Assembly (NCBI GenBank): GCA_965279515.1 | Contig: CBDIID010000003.1 | Coordinates: forward strand, 384,001-448,000 | Direction of reading: 5' to 3' | Length of the DNA stretch: 64,000 nucleotides | Source of the DNA: Turneriella sp. | GTDB taxonomy: Bacteria > Spirochaetota > Leptospiria > Turneriellales > Turneriellaceae | Notes under the pieces: model-generated | What the model was told of the DNA's origin: nothing | Database searches by the model: none | What the model saw: only the letters and a program-made list of their open reading frames with translations | In this document: positions 43,114 through 53,160 of the stretch, in pieces | Layout: every line of letters starts with the position of its first letter | How positions within the stretch are numbered: the first letter of the stretch is position 1 | Program-made: the position numbers and the translations under genes

Positions 43114-43598
43114 CGACCCTCTCCTTGCAGAAACTCTCTCATGTCATTAGGCTGAAATGCTTTCAATTGGCCTTCCGCCATGACTGCCCCGTCTGCATCC
43201 CTCGTTATATTACATGTAAACACGCCCAGCAATTCAGCCTCGAAAGTCATCTCTACGGAAACCGTATAGGTTTTACCACTCTCAAAAACATCTTCTTTTG
43301 CGTTGAAATTATCCACCGCAACCAGAAATCCCGGTTTCGGAGTTTCATTTTTATTGCGGCCGATATTTCCTGCGAAGACGGCTATCGTCTGCGCCATGTA
43401 TTCTATGCCGACGTAATTCGGCACATTACCCGATGGATCCACAAACATGCTGTGCCGGCCGATGCGCACACGCGCTTTCGCTCCGTTTTCCGACGTCTCA
43501 ACAATACCATCCAGCAGCAGCATCGGGGTCGTGATGGGAATAAAATCTTTTAGATCGGCGCCGCCACCAGTGAATTCCACTTCAGCCTCCCTTGCCAA
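43110..43598 (-). CDS. Hotdog-fold dehydratase (ApeP-like); start may be GTG 43580
   Basis: 'PMLLLD', 'GIEYMAQTIA', 'PGFLV'. Confidence 0.85.
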   Translation of the reverse strand: MAREAEVEFTGGGADLKDFIPITTPMLLLDGIVETSENGAKARVRIGRHSMFVDPSGNVPNYVGIEYMAQTIAVFAGNIGRNKNETPKPGFLVAVDNFNAKEDVFESGKTYTVSVEMTFEAELLGVFTCNITRDADGAVMAEGQLKAFQPNDMREFLQGEGR

Positions 43599-44775
43599 TA
43601 ATCACTGCAGCGTTATTGCCGCCGAAGCCGTAAGACGCGCTGAGAAAATTCAAATTTCCTGCCGCCGGGATTGTCTGCGAAGGAGATACCATATTAATCC
43701 GCGGTAAAGTCTCATCGAAATTTCCGTCCCAGACATGGGGTGGCAGCATCGTTGTCTTGCCGGATTTCTTCAGGGCAAGGTAACACATTCCCACCTCCGT
43801 TGCTCCTGCCGCGCCTAAGGTATGCCCGGTCAGCGGCTTAGTCGAACTAAACAGGGTATGCTTTTCAAAGACCCGTGAGTTGACCTGTGATTCCATGCTA
43901 TCATTGAGCTCTGTGCCGGTTCCGTGTAAGTTTACATAGGCGATATCTGCCGCGGTGAGCTGGGCATCACGCAAGGCGTTTCTGATGGCGATCTCCGCGC
44001 CGCGTCCCTCGGGTTGGGGAGATGAAATATGGTACGCATCGTTGGACGCACCGACGCCTAACAGGCCAATCTCGCTTTCTTCCCTGTTTAAAATGAATAA
44101 TGCAGCGGCTTCACCAATGGTAATGCCATCGCGGTTGGCGCTGAACGGATTGCAGATAGATTTGGAAAGTGCCTCAAGGGAATTGAAGCCGTTTAGCGTC
44201 AGCTTACAGAGCGAATCCACACCGCCGACAATGACCGCATCGCAGATATTTTTTTCCAGGAGATTTCTTCCCGAGGCGAAGGCATGAGCACTCGACGAAC
44301 AAGCCGTGGATATCGAATACGCAACGTTGCTGAGGCCGAGGTAATCTGCAAGAAACTGTGCCGGCGAACCCAATTCCTGCATTTTATAGCTAAAATCTGC
44401 CGGAAAATGATGATGCCGCGTACGGTAATCGAGCGCTACCTCTCCTTCGGCGATGCCAGCAGTGGTTGCTCCAAGAACGATACCGATACGGTGCCTGCCA
44501 TATTTTGCAGCTTGTTTTTCAAACTCATCGCGAATCTGGTTGAAGGCTTCGAGCAGAATGCGGTTATTCCGGCAGTTGTATGCGCCGAGGGCCCCGCCGA
44601 TTTGCGGCAACTCCCCGCTAATTTCACCCACCCAGACATCTTTTCCGGCAATCAGGTCTGAACGCTTTTTTATACCTTTCTGTGACGCACTGCACAGCGC
44701 TTCGTAGACATCGTCGATGCCCCGCCCGAGGGCATTGATCATGCCCATTGCATGCAAATAGGTTCGCCGGGTCAT
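43582..44775 (-). CDS. Beta-ketoacyl-ACP synthase (ApeO-like)
   Basis: STACSSS, VDSLCKLTLNGF, RDGITIGE, NLHGTGT, GHTLGA. Confidence 0.9.
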   Translation of the reverse strand: MTRRTYLHAMGMINALGRGIDDVYEALCSASQKGIKKRSDLIAGKDVWVGEISGELPQIGGALGAYNCRNNRILLEAFNQIRDEFEKQAAKYGRHRIGIVLGATTAGIAEGEVALDYRTRHHHFPADFSYKMQELGSPAQFLADYLGLSNVAYSISTACSSSAHAFASGRNLLEKNICDAVIVGGVDSLCKLTLNGFNSLEALSKSICNPFSANRDGITIGEAAALFILNREESEIGLLGVGASNDAYHISSPQPEGRGAEIAIRNALRDAQLTAADIAYVNLHGTGTELNDSMESQVNSRVFEKHTLFSSTKPLTGHTLGAAGATEVGMCYLALKKSGKTTMLPPHVWDGNFDETLPRINMVSPSQTIPAAGNLNFLSASYGFGGNNAAVIIGKGG

Positions 44776-45360
44776 TTAATGCATCATGGCTGTGCCATTC
44801 AGAATCGCCAGGCTGTAGTTACGCTGTAAATTCCTGAAAGCAATACCGCCACGCCACGGATTTTTATGACTGTATTCGATTTCGACAATAAGGCGACCAT
44901 CGCGTAACAATTCCCTGCGAACCCGGGGAGTATCCTTCAGGACAAGCGCCCATTCTGGTCCCTGCAATGCTGCGCGGATAGTCTCTGCAGGCCAGAAAAT
45001 CAACTGAAAGTCTGCGACGATATACTCTGGCTTCACCGTAGTATCATCGAGGACGCCTGAATCAAAATCCAGTTTTCCCTTATCCGAAAGATGAAGCGTA
45101 AAAAGCCGCTGGCCGGTTGCCGTTGCAGCGACGATCGTCATTTTTTCCGGCGAGATCTCGACAGCTGAGAGAAATGTTCCCTTTCGGTCGCCATAATTGG
45201 CGTCAATTTTTTGCTCGGTGCTAATACTGATTCCCAGCTGCCTGGGGTTCAGTCGCTGAAAATACAGCCCGGCTTCGCTTTCAACTGGCCGCACTTGCTC
45301 CATGCCCGAACAAGCCACGAGGAAAAACCCCATGCCAATAAGTGTTACTGCTTGCGGCAT
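44776..45360 (-). CDS. DUF3261 lipoprotein (ApeN-like)
   Basis: LVAC lipobox, 'GQRLFTL', 'ADFQLIFWP'; position in cluster. Confidence 0.8.
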   Translation of the reverse strand: MPQAVTLIGMGFFLVACSGMEQVRPVESEAGLYFQRLNPRQLGISISTEQKIDANYGDRKGTFLSAVEISPEKMTIVAATATGQRLFTLHLSDKGKLDFDSGVLDDTTVKPEYIVADFQLIFWPAETIRAALQGPEWALVLKDTPRVRRELLRDGRLIVEIEYSHKNPWRGGIAFRNLQRNYSLAILNGTAMMH

Positions 45361-46568
45361 ATTTCAGCAAGTGTCGCCAGGCGCCGGCCCGTATGTTGGT
45401 TGTACGGATTTGTTTCATCCCAGGCATAACCTGCGAGAATAGAGCAGATCTTCCTTTTTGTTTCCGGATCGGGAGATTCATAGAAAATAATATCCTGTAA
45501 ATCATGCGAATACCAGCCATTGACAAAATGCCTGAACGCATCGACACCTTTCATCAGCGGAATATGGAATTCATTTTGCCAGTCAACCGGCGAGCCGGCC
45601 AACTCTTTTTCAATTAAAGGTGCTGCGACACTCGCTCCTTTAAGAGCGATCGTCAGCCCTGAAGAAAAAATGGGATCCAAAAAACCTCCGGCATTCCCGA
45701 TCATGGCAAATCCCGGACCATATGTCCTCTCCACTGTTCTTGCAAATGCGGATAATCTCCGTGCAGGCCAGAGGAATTTGCAATCCCCGACGGCTGCCGT
45801 CATGTGTGCTTCTTCGCTGACCAGACGGCGCAATATTTCGCTCTCATCGCCCGCAAGCGTATCAGCATGGGTGCTCGGCATCACCGCACCTACGGAGGCG
45901 CGGCCGTCGGAAAAGGGAATCATCCAGTACCAAATGTCCCGGTTTTGCGGATGCACACAGATTAGAATTTTTTCCCAATCTGTGTTTGGGTTTCTCTCTT
46001 TAACTTCGACATGGGAAAAAAATGCCGAACGATCGTCTACGAGCGTCGTGATTTTGTGATTCCAGAGCGCTGCGAGTACATTTGCCTGACCGCTCGCATC
46101 AACAAGAAATTTTGCTGCAAATTCAGTCTCATTACCGTTGACGTCCGCCGCAACAAGGCTGACCTTGCCTGACGAGCACTCTGCCTGCATGACCTTCTGG
46201 CCAAAGAGTATTTTAACACCCTGGGCCGCCGCTCCAGTGGCAAGGACCGAATCGAAATCGGCCCGGGGAACCTGGAAAGTGGTTCCAAAACCCGGAGAAA
46301 ATTTATCAGAAAAATCGAATGCCGTGCGCCTCTCTGCATATCCAAAATCTGCGCCATTCTTTAACTGGTACTTCTGCTCCTGAACGGAGGATAATAACTC
46401 TGCTTCCTCGAGAAACCGCATCGCCTGCGGCAGAAGACTCTCCCCGATCGAAAATCGCGGAAAGACGGAAGCTTCGAGGACCGTTACATGGAGTCCGCGC
46501 CGGGCGAGCATGGTAGCCACGACTGAGCCCGCGGGCCCGGCTCCGATAATTATGACGTCATTTTTCAT
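45345..46568 (-). CDS. FAD-dependent halogenase-like oxidoreductase
   Basis: IIGAGPAG, FPRFSIGESL, DASG, WYWMIP (WxWxIP), GNAGGFLDPIFSSG. Confidence 0.85.
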   Translation of the reverse strand: MKNDVIIIGAGPAGSVVATMLARRGLHVTVLEASVFPRFSIGESLLPQAMRFLEEAELLSSVQEQKYQLKNGADFGYAERRTAFDFSDKFSPGFGTTFQVPRADFDSVLATGAAAQGVKILFGQKVMQAECSSGKVSLVAADVNGNETEFAAKFLVDASGQANVLAALWNHKITTLVDDRSAFFSHVEVKERNPNTDWEKILICVHPQNRDIWYWMIPFSDGRASVGAVMPSTHADTLAGDESEILRRLVSEEAHMTAAVGDCKFLWPARRLSAFARTVERTYGPGFAMIGNAGGFLDPIFSSGLTIALKGASVAAPLIEKELAGSPVDWQNEFHIPLMKGVDAFRHFVNGWYSHDLQDIIFYESPDPETKRKICSILAGYAWDETNPYNQHTGRRLATLAEICRKQ

Positions 46569-48915
46569 ATGCCTCCGGAGAAAATTTGATAATAAATGGG
46601 GACAAGACATATACGACCCCCACCCCGATCGCAGTGGTGAATCCAAAAGCGGAAAGTAATGGCGTGGAGCTGAAGAATAGCAGCCCAAAGGAGAGGATCG
46701 TCGTCACTGCGGAGAGAAAAGTAGCAAGGCCAACGGTCTCATACTCATACCTGGCCTCCTGGAAAAAGATCGCGTAATCGATTCCAATTCCCAGAATCAG
46801 AAGCAACGCAAGCGTATTGAATAAATTCAGAACCTGCCCCGAAAGCGCGAGTAACGCGATTGCGGTAAAAGCGCCAGCAACCGCCGGCAGCATGACGGTG
46901 AAAGCCTGCCTGCGGCCATAACGAATTCCCAGAACGATAAATATGGCGCCATAAGAGACCAGAACCAGGATTGTCGCCAAGATACGGTAGTAGCGGAATA
47001 GATCTGAAATGTCCGCCACCCTATCCACATATGCGGCATGTGAAAGGTTAGATGTCGCCTTCTTTAAGGCAGCGACATCCTGCAGGTCGGAGAGCGGGAC
47101 GATGGAAGCAAATTTTTTGCCCAATTTGCCCTGCCATAAATATCGGTAAGGCTGACTTGCAGGACTTTCCAACCAAATTGAAAAATCCAGCGACTTTTCC
47201 GGGTTCTTTCGGAATCGGCCAAGAGCGCGGTCGATGTCATTTTGAGCGAAGCCCAATTCTCTCATGTATCCATTCAATCTACCTGAATCAATCAGCTGTT
47301 TCCGCAATGCGGAACGACTTTGCTTCTGCTCACTGAGCGGAGGTGCCAGCCGGGAAAGCGCCTGGTAGCCGCTGAGTCCTCCCTCGCTCTTCAGGATATC
47401 CAGCGCTGCAACCAGCTTCGATTCATTGGCGAGAACATCCTGAACGTTTTCGCCGGTCACGACAAAAAAACGGCTGCGGTCCGAATAGCCCAGCAACGAA
47501 GTAATCTTCTCTTCCATTGCCGACAAAGCTGAAGAGCTGCCCCTGAGCAACCTAATATCATCGTCGATCCTGATGAAGCCAAGCCCGGCGACTGCCACCA
47601 GACAGATAAGAATCAGGAGCGCCGGCTTGCGATGGAAATTCCGGGCCCATCTTACAGGTTGGGCGCTGATACGCAGTAAAAATGTTTTCGGGGACCACGG
47701 GGCTTGCCCCATAAGCGCAGGCAGCGCCAGAAGGACGGTAAGATACGCGCCCAGAAGCCCTGCTGTCGAAAAAACAGCCATCTGCCGCAGCGCCGGTAAT
47801 GGCGCGACAAACAGGCAAAGAAAGCCGAGAATCGTCGTCACAAGACCGAGCGTAATACCGGGAAAAATATTGCGGATGCCCGCAGTAGGATTCCACGCGC
47901 CCTTGGTCATGGCCTTGTCGGCGAAATAATGGAACGAATAATCGATCGATACGCCAATGAGGCTCGTGCCGAAAATAACCGTGATGATATGGATCTTCGC
48001 AAAGATAAGAACGCATAGGCAATAAGCGGCGAGAATTCCGTAGGCAACCGGCAGAATACCGAGGAGCAGCGGCCTAACACTGTTGAAGGCCAGTAACAAC
48101 AAAATGATAATGGCTGCGATGGAAATCGATCCGAAGAGCGAGATCTCCCGCCGGGCAGAGTCGACTCCGGCGACTGCGTGGAACAGCAGGCCGGCATGCA
48201 AAATCTCTGCCCCTGTGCCGGCGGCGTGGACGGCAGCGATGCCTTTTTTGAGAGCAGCCATCAGATCGGCCTGCACTTCGGCGGAAAATAATTCCCTTCC
48301 GGATTGGAGAGTCACGAGTACATAGGATTTTTCTTTGTCCTGTGTGGCCATGACGCCATCCCGGACAGAGATCCGTCCGGAAAACTGCTGCACTCCCTGC
48401 ATGAAGTCCTGAAAAAACAGCAACGGGTCGTACTGGAGAATTTTTGAACTGACTATCGAACCCGGGTTAAAAAGCAAATTGCGTCGTTCCGCCAAAAACC
48501 CTGCCGGATCATTCTCCAGAAGTGCCCGTTCCCTGGAACGCAAAAAACCGGGTAAATAATCCTGGTAAAAATCATAAAGTTTCCGGCCGAACTCATCTAC
48601 CCGAAAGATAATCGAATCAAAACTTTTTTCTTTGGCTACGATATCCTGGAACAGAGCTGCGTTTTTTTTCGCCTCGTTGAAGTCGCGGTGACCAAAGAGA
48701 AATATTGTTTTCTGTCCTATCTTTGCCGTAAATTGCCGGGTTGCTTCACCGACTTCATCGTTTCCGTTTTCTCTGGGCAACAGGGCAAGAATATCGGTTT
48801 CGACCGCGATACCCGAATGGGCCCGCCAGAAAAAGAAACCGAGCAAGAGCAATAAGGATGCCGCCCAGACGGCAAACAAAAGACGTTTATGGCTTGCTAA
48901 AAAATCTTTTTTCAT
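46558..48915 (-). CDS. MMPL/RND-type exporter (ApeM-like)
   Basis: 'VETDILALLP', two TM bundles with GVSIDY and GIGIDY. Confidence 0.88.
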   Translation of the reverse strand: MKKDFLASHKRLLFAVWAASLLLLLGFFFWRAHSGIAVETDILALLPRENGNDEVGEATRQFTAKIGQKTIFLFGHRDFNEAKKNAALFQDIVAKEKSFDSIIFRVDEFGRKLYDFYQDYLPGFLRSRERALLENDPAGFLAERRNLLFNPGSIVSSKILQYDPLLFFQDFMQGVQQFSGRISVRDGVMATQDKEKSYVLVTLQSGRELFSAEVQADLMAALKKGIAAVHAAGTGAEILHAGLLFHAVAGVDSARREISLFGSISIAAIIILLLLAFNSVRPLLLGILPVAYGILAAYCLCVLIFAKIHIITVIFGTSLIGVSIDYSFHYFADKAMTKGAWNPTAGIRNIFPGITLGLVTTILGFLCLFVAPLPALRQMAVFSTAGLLGAYLTVLLALPALMGQAPWSPKTFLLRISAQPVRWARNFHRKPALLILICLVAVAGLGFIRIDDDIRLLRGSSSALSAMEEKITSLLGYSDRSRFFVVTGENVQDVLANESKLVAALDILKSEGGLSGYQALSRLAPPLSEQKQSRSALRKQLIDSGRLNGYMRELGFAQNDIDRALGRFRKNPEKSLDFSIWLESPASQPYRYLWQGKLGKKFASIVPLSDLQDVAALKKATSNLSHAAYVDRVADISDLFRYYRILATILVLVSYGAIFIVLGIRYGRRQAFTVMLPAVAGAFTAIALLALSGQVLNLFNTLALLLILGIGIDYAIFFQEARYEYETVGLATFLSAVTTILSFGLLFFSSTPLLSAFGFTTAIGVGVVYVLSPFIIKFSPEAYEK

Positions 48916-49534
48916 CACTGGTAAGCTGACCATCGCTGGCGGGGTTTAACAGCCGGATTCTCGTATAGTCGGATCCCCGCTCCCGGATAACGATCTCTTC
49001 GATGGACTTATTGCCTGTTATTTGCAGGGAGGCAATAAACTGCCGCAGGCTAACATTCCGGGGAAAAAGTTCGATTTGCCATTTGGTTTTTCCTGACACA
49101 TAGCCTATCTCAAAGCGATCTTCAAGCACCGCGGCATCGCCTGAAAATAATGCCAGGAACAGCTCGATAAATTCGTGAACGACTGGCTGCTGGGCTGCGG
49201 TCACGAACACAGGTTTTTTTCCCTCTTCGTATTGAACAACGCCCTGGTTGGTCAGTATATAGATAAAGGGAAAAGGCTTCCGGATCTGCCAGATAATACC
49301 CTGAGACCTGGAAAAAATCAGCTGCCCCTGGGAGACCAGGGGTTTGCTGAGTGCGGAAACGTGTTTCGTCTGCTGGAAATCCGCCCGCATAAATTGAGTA
49401 GCCTTGAGACGATCGACAATCCCCAGCAGGCTCTGCCGGTTCACACCTTCGACTTTCGCCGCGTAACCGGAATAGTTGCCGCCGAGGAAGGCGAGGCATA
49501 AGATAAAAAATATTTTTACGCTAAAGATCTTCAT
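48887..49534 (-). CDS. LolA-like carrier protein (ApeL-like)
   Basis: Signal peptide; 'ADFQQTK...LSKPLVSQG...GIIWQ..KPF'. Confidence 0.85.
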   Translation of the reverse strand: MKIFSVKIFFILCLAFLGGNYSGYAAKVEGVNRQSLLGIVDRLKATQFMRADFQQTKHVSALSKPLVSQGQLIFSRSQGIIWQIRKPFPFIYILTNQGVVQYEEGKKPVFVTAAQQPVVHEFIELFLALFSGDAAVLEDRFEIGYVSGKTKWQIELFPRNVSLRQFIASLQITGNKSIEEIVIRERGSDYTRIRLLNPASDGQLTSDEKRFFSKP

Positions 49535-49949
49535 CACCCTGAATCCCGAATTTCTCGAGAACGCTTTTCGGCGTTTCAAAACACATTTCGAGCGTATCCA
49601 TTTGCACGGCGACCTGAACTGTGTGGCCGCGGCAAATGCGCTCATTTTTTTCAACACTTTCGATCAGATATTCAATCCATAAACGGTTGGTCAGTTCCCT
49701 GAGGCTCGCCGTCACGCGCACCTGCATCCCATAAAAAAGCGGCTTGATGTATTTGCAGCGGCTTTCGATGACAGGCCAGCCATAATTCGACTCTTTCATC
49801 GCGTCAATATCGTAATTGTACTTTTGCATAAGCGCGGTGCGGGCAAGTTCAAAGTATTTCAGGTAGTGCCCGTGCCAGACAATGCCAACCATATCCACAT
49901 CGTGGAACGGAATGGTGATAGTGACATCGGCGGAGATTTTTCCTGGCAT
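49521..49949 (-). CDS. 4HBT-like acyl-CoA thioesterase (ApeK-like)
   Basis: 'PFHDVDMVGIVWHGHYLKYFELAR'. Confidence 0.9.
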   Translation of the reverse strand: MPGKISADVTITIPFHDVDMVGIVWHGHYLKYFELARTALMQKYNYDIDAMKESNYGWPVIESRCKYIKPLFYGMQVRVTASLRELTNRLWIEYLIESVEKNERICRGHTVQVAVQMDTLEMCFETPKSVLEKFGIQGDEDL

Positions 49950-49952
49950 ATG

Positions 49953-51479
49953 CTATCCAAATTCCAGTGCAAGCTCCTGGTTCTGAATCCACCGGGTCAA
50001 TTCTTCCAGCTCCCCATCGAGCTCTCTGTCCTCGGTGACGAACTTAAAGCGGGAACGCAGGCTGTGAATCATGTCCTGCACGGGCCGGGACAGCTTTGGT
50101 GTCTGCGAATCCCCGATGCGCAGTGTCACTGCCTGAATCGTAGCCAGAAGCAAAGCCGCAGCAACCTGTTCGGTCAGCTGCAATACGCGCAGGCAATCGC
50201 GGGCGCTTATACTCCCCATACTTACCTTATCCTGGTTATGGCATTCCGTAGACCGGGAAAAAACACTCGCTGGCATCGTCAGTTTCAAAGCTTCGGCAGT
50301 CCACGAAGAGACGGCGATCTGCACTGCTTTGAAGCCGTGGTTAATCTGCCGCCGCTCACCCGTCGCTCCTGAGAGATTTGCGGGCAAGCCGTTGCTGAAT
50401 TTTGTATCTACGAGTAAGGCCAGCTGTCTGTCCATCAGGTCGGCGAGATTGGCAACCAGCGTTTTCATCGAATCCGCTGCAAACCCGATATGCCCGCCAT
50501 AAAAATGCCCGCCATGCAATACCTTCTTCTGTGCGGCGTCGATGATGGGATTGTCGTTGGCGCTGTTGAGTTCAATGCTGATGAACTGTCTCAGCCACGG
50601 CAGCGAATCGGCGAGGACGCCGATAATATGGGGTGCGCAGCGTATGGAGTATCGATCCTGAAGACGGTGGCCACCCGCCATTCCCGTAAGGTCGGTGCGG
50701 ATCAGCCGGGCAATTTCATTCTGCCCGGGATGCGGTTTTACCTGGAAAAGCTCATCGGCAAAATGGTCAGGATTTCCATCGAGGGCAATAACTGCCAGCG
50801 ATGTAATGCGGGCGCACAGCTTCGCGAGGTATTCGGCACGCCTGAATGCCAGTATTGTCTGGGCCGTCATCACCGCGGTGCCATTCATGAGCGCGAGCGC
50901 TTCTTTAGGCTTGAGCACCACCGCCTCCAGGCCTGCTTTTTGCAACGCTGCCGCTGCGCCAAACTCTCCGCCGTCCATGTAAACTTTTCTCTCGCCCGTC
51001 AAGGCCGCGGCGATATATGACAGGGGTGTGAGATCCCCGCTTGCTCCCACGGATCCCTCTTCAGGAATAACCGGAATAATATTGTGGTTTAGAAATTCGA
51101 CCAGGAGCTGAAGGATCTCCAACCGAACCCCGGAATGCCCGCGCGCCAGGGAACACAGCCTGACGAGTAAAATAGCCTTCGCAATCGGCGGCTCAATTTT
51201 TCTTCCGAGACCGACACCATGAAACCGCACCAGGTGTTTCGGCAGCTCTGCCACAAGATCAGCAGAGACGCCGCTCGAAACCGAATCCCCAAAACCGGTA
51301 GTTACGCCATAGACCACTTCGTGATTATCTACCAGCGCCTGAAGAAAATCAGCCCCTGCCTGGATTTTGCCCAACCAGGATGCGTTGTCCGAAAGCTGAA
51401 CCTGCCTGCCCGAGAAGACGACGCTGCAGACATCTTCAATACTAAGATTTTCTAAGCCGACTTCCAGGAAATCATTCAT
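49953..51479 (-). CDS. MIO-dependent aromatic amino-acid ammonia-lyase (HAL/PAL/TAL family)
   Basis: VYGVTTGFG, GSVGASGDL (ASG = MIO), QDRYSIRC, NDNP, HNQDKVSMG. Confidence 0.92.
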   Translation of the reverse strand: MNDFLEVGLENLSIEDVCSVVFSGRQVQLSDNASWLGKIQAGADFLQALVDNHEVVYGVTTGFGDSVSSGVSADLVAELPKHLVRFHGVGLGRKIEPPIAKAILLVRLCSLARGHSGVRLEILQLLVEFLNHNIIPVIPEEGSVGASGDLTPLSYIAAALTGERKVYMDGGEFGAAAALQKAGLEAVVLKPKEALALMNGTAVMTAQTILAFRRAEYLAKLCARITSLAVIALDGNPDHFADELFQVKPHPGQNEIARLIRTDLTGMAGGHRLQDRYSIRCAPHIIGVLADSLPWLRQFISIELNSANDNPIIDAAQKKVLHGGHFYGGHIGFAADSMKTLVANLADLMDRQLALLVDTKFSNGLPANLSGATGERRQINHGFKAVQIAVSSWTAEALKLTMPASVFSRSTECHNQDKVSMGSISARDCLRVLQLTEQVAAALLLATIQAVTLRIGDSQTPKLSRPVQDMIHSLRSRFKFVTEDRELDGELEELTRWIQNQELALEFG

Positions 51480-53160
51480 GCGGATGTTTCCCTGAGCCTT
51501 TCCAGAAATCAAAAAAATTAAACCATTGGTATGGATAGGCAAGCGCATATTTTTCAAGGCGCCTGGCGAATTCCCGGGTTGCTGCCTCGATGGTCCTGGC
51601 GCGTTCTTTTCTCGGCGATTTCAATGTCTTGGCCAGCTTTTCAAAATAAATTTCATAGATGGAATCGTTTCTCAGGCAAAACATTGTATATACAGGGCAT
51701 TCAAGCAGACTGGCTAGCACAAAGGGCCCCTGGGGGAATGGAGCTTTCTGCCCCAAAAAATCCACATCACTGACGCGTAAAATTGAACCGACACTGGTTC
51801 GGTCAGACAGCGCTACAACCAGTTCACCCTCAGCTATCTTATTCTGCAGGTAAATAATGGTATCCGGCATCATCTCTTCGGCCTGGATTAACTCCAGCGT
51901 CACATTCGGGTTAATCTTACGCAGCAGGCTGTTAAAATTGGCCGCATGCCGGGTCACGACCAGCACATTCAATTTAACTTCCGGGACATCTGCGGCCAAT
52001 GCTCTTAGCATTTCGAGGTTACCGAGGTGCGCCCCGAGAATGACGCCGCCGCTCTTGCTCTTGGCGAGATTTACGAAATCCTGGCGGTTGGGCCAATGGA
52101 TGTGTCCGTGATGGAGCTTTCCCATCCAGGCTGAGATCTTATCGAGGGAACTCCGCCCGAATTCCAGAAAATGTGCAAAGCTCTGGAGCAATCCTGGTTT
52201 TTTGGTAAGCGCGCCACCCCGCTCACGGTATTCATAGACACGTGCAAGAAAAAAGCGCGATGCATTTCTGGCCTCCCGGCCGGTAATGAAAAAATATATT
52301 ATAACGGGATACAAAATCAGGAAAAATACCGGCCGCCCGAAAACCCTGTAGATAAAAACCAGAAAACGGATGCCCAGGGAAGATCCCCGCTCGTCCATCG
52401 TCGACCAATGTTGTGGTTTCTGTTGGCGGAACTTACGCCACAGCAGCGCCGGCAGGCGCAGCAACATGGCAAAAAATAAACGCGTATGCGCGCGCGAAAT
52501 CAGGAGATTATCCTGCAAAGCCCTGAAATGCGACGTGCCGCCCTTAGGATAGATTACCTGGGTCGGCAAAGGGATCATCTGCACACCCTTCCAGTACAGC
52601 CGCACGAGAATCTCGATATCAAAATCCATACGGTCACCCAGCTTGCGGCCTTCCAACAAAGGCATGATCTCTTTAAGGCGATACAGACGAAATCCGCACA
52701 TCGCGTCTTTTATGTGAAATGAAAGCGTTTCAACCCACACCCAGAATCTGGTGACGTAGCGACCATACAGCCTGCTTTTCGGGATGGAAGCATCGAATAC
52801 CGGTTCCCCGACGACCATAGCATCCGGGTTCTGTTTTAACGTCTCCAGAAATCGTGCGATGTCCCGTGAATCGTGCTGGCCGTCGGCATCGATTTGCAGC
52901 ACATGCGTATAACCAGCTTTAAATGCCGCCCTGAACCCGTCTTTTACTGCGGCACCTTTGCCGCCATTTGCCGGGCGATGCACAATAGTGACCCATTTTT
53001 CGCGTTTAGCAATCTTGCTGAGAGCCTCGACCGTCACATCATTGCTTCCGTCGTTGACGACAATACAGGGGAGGTTGAACGATTTTATCGCGGCAATTGT
53101 ATGGAAGATCTCGTTCGTATGATTGTAGATCGGAATCACAATGCAAAGTTTCTGATTCAT
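51472..53160 (-). CDS. GT2 glycosyltransferase + lipid A-type acyltransferase fusion (ApeJ-like)
   Basis: IPIYNH, DGS, DADGQH; C-terminal AHLGNLE, DR, YPYQWFNFFDFW. Confidence 0.9.
   Translation of the reverse strand: MNQKLCIVIPIYNHTNEIFHTIAAIKSFNLPCIVVNDGSNDVTVEALSKIAKREKWVTIVHRPANGGKGAAVKDGFRAAFKAGYTHVLQIDADGQHDSRDIARFLETLKQNPDAMVVGEPVFDASIPKSRLYGRYVTRFWVWVETLSFHIKDAMCGFRLYRLKEIMPLLEGRKLGDRMDFDIEILVRLYWKGVQMIPLPTQVIYPKGGTSHFRALQDNLLISRAHTRLFFAMLLRLPALLWRKFRQQKPQHWSTMDERGSSLGIRFLVFIYRVFGRPVFFLILYPVIIYFFITGREARNASRFFLARVYEYRERGGALTKKPGLLQSFAHFLEFGRSSLDKISAWMGKLHHGHIHWPNRQDFVNLAKSKSGGVILGAHLGNLEMLRALAADVPEVKLNVLVVTRHAANFNSLLRKINPNVTLELIQAEEMMPDTIIYLQNKIAEGELVVALSDRTSVGSILRVSDVDFLGQKAPFPQGPFVLASLLECPVYTMFCLRNDSIYEIYFEKLAKTLKSPRKERARTIEAATREFARRLEKYALAYPYQWFNFFDFWKGSGKHPHE

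Noticed and set aside
49953..51479. Calling the lyase hutH (histidine utilisation)
   Set aside because: No other hut genes; embedded in the APE operon, so substrate left open
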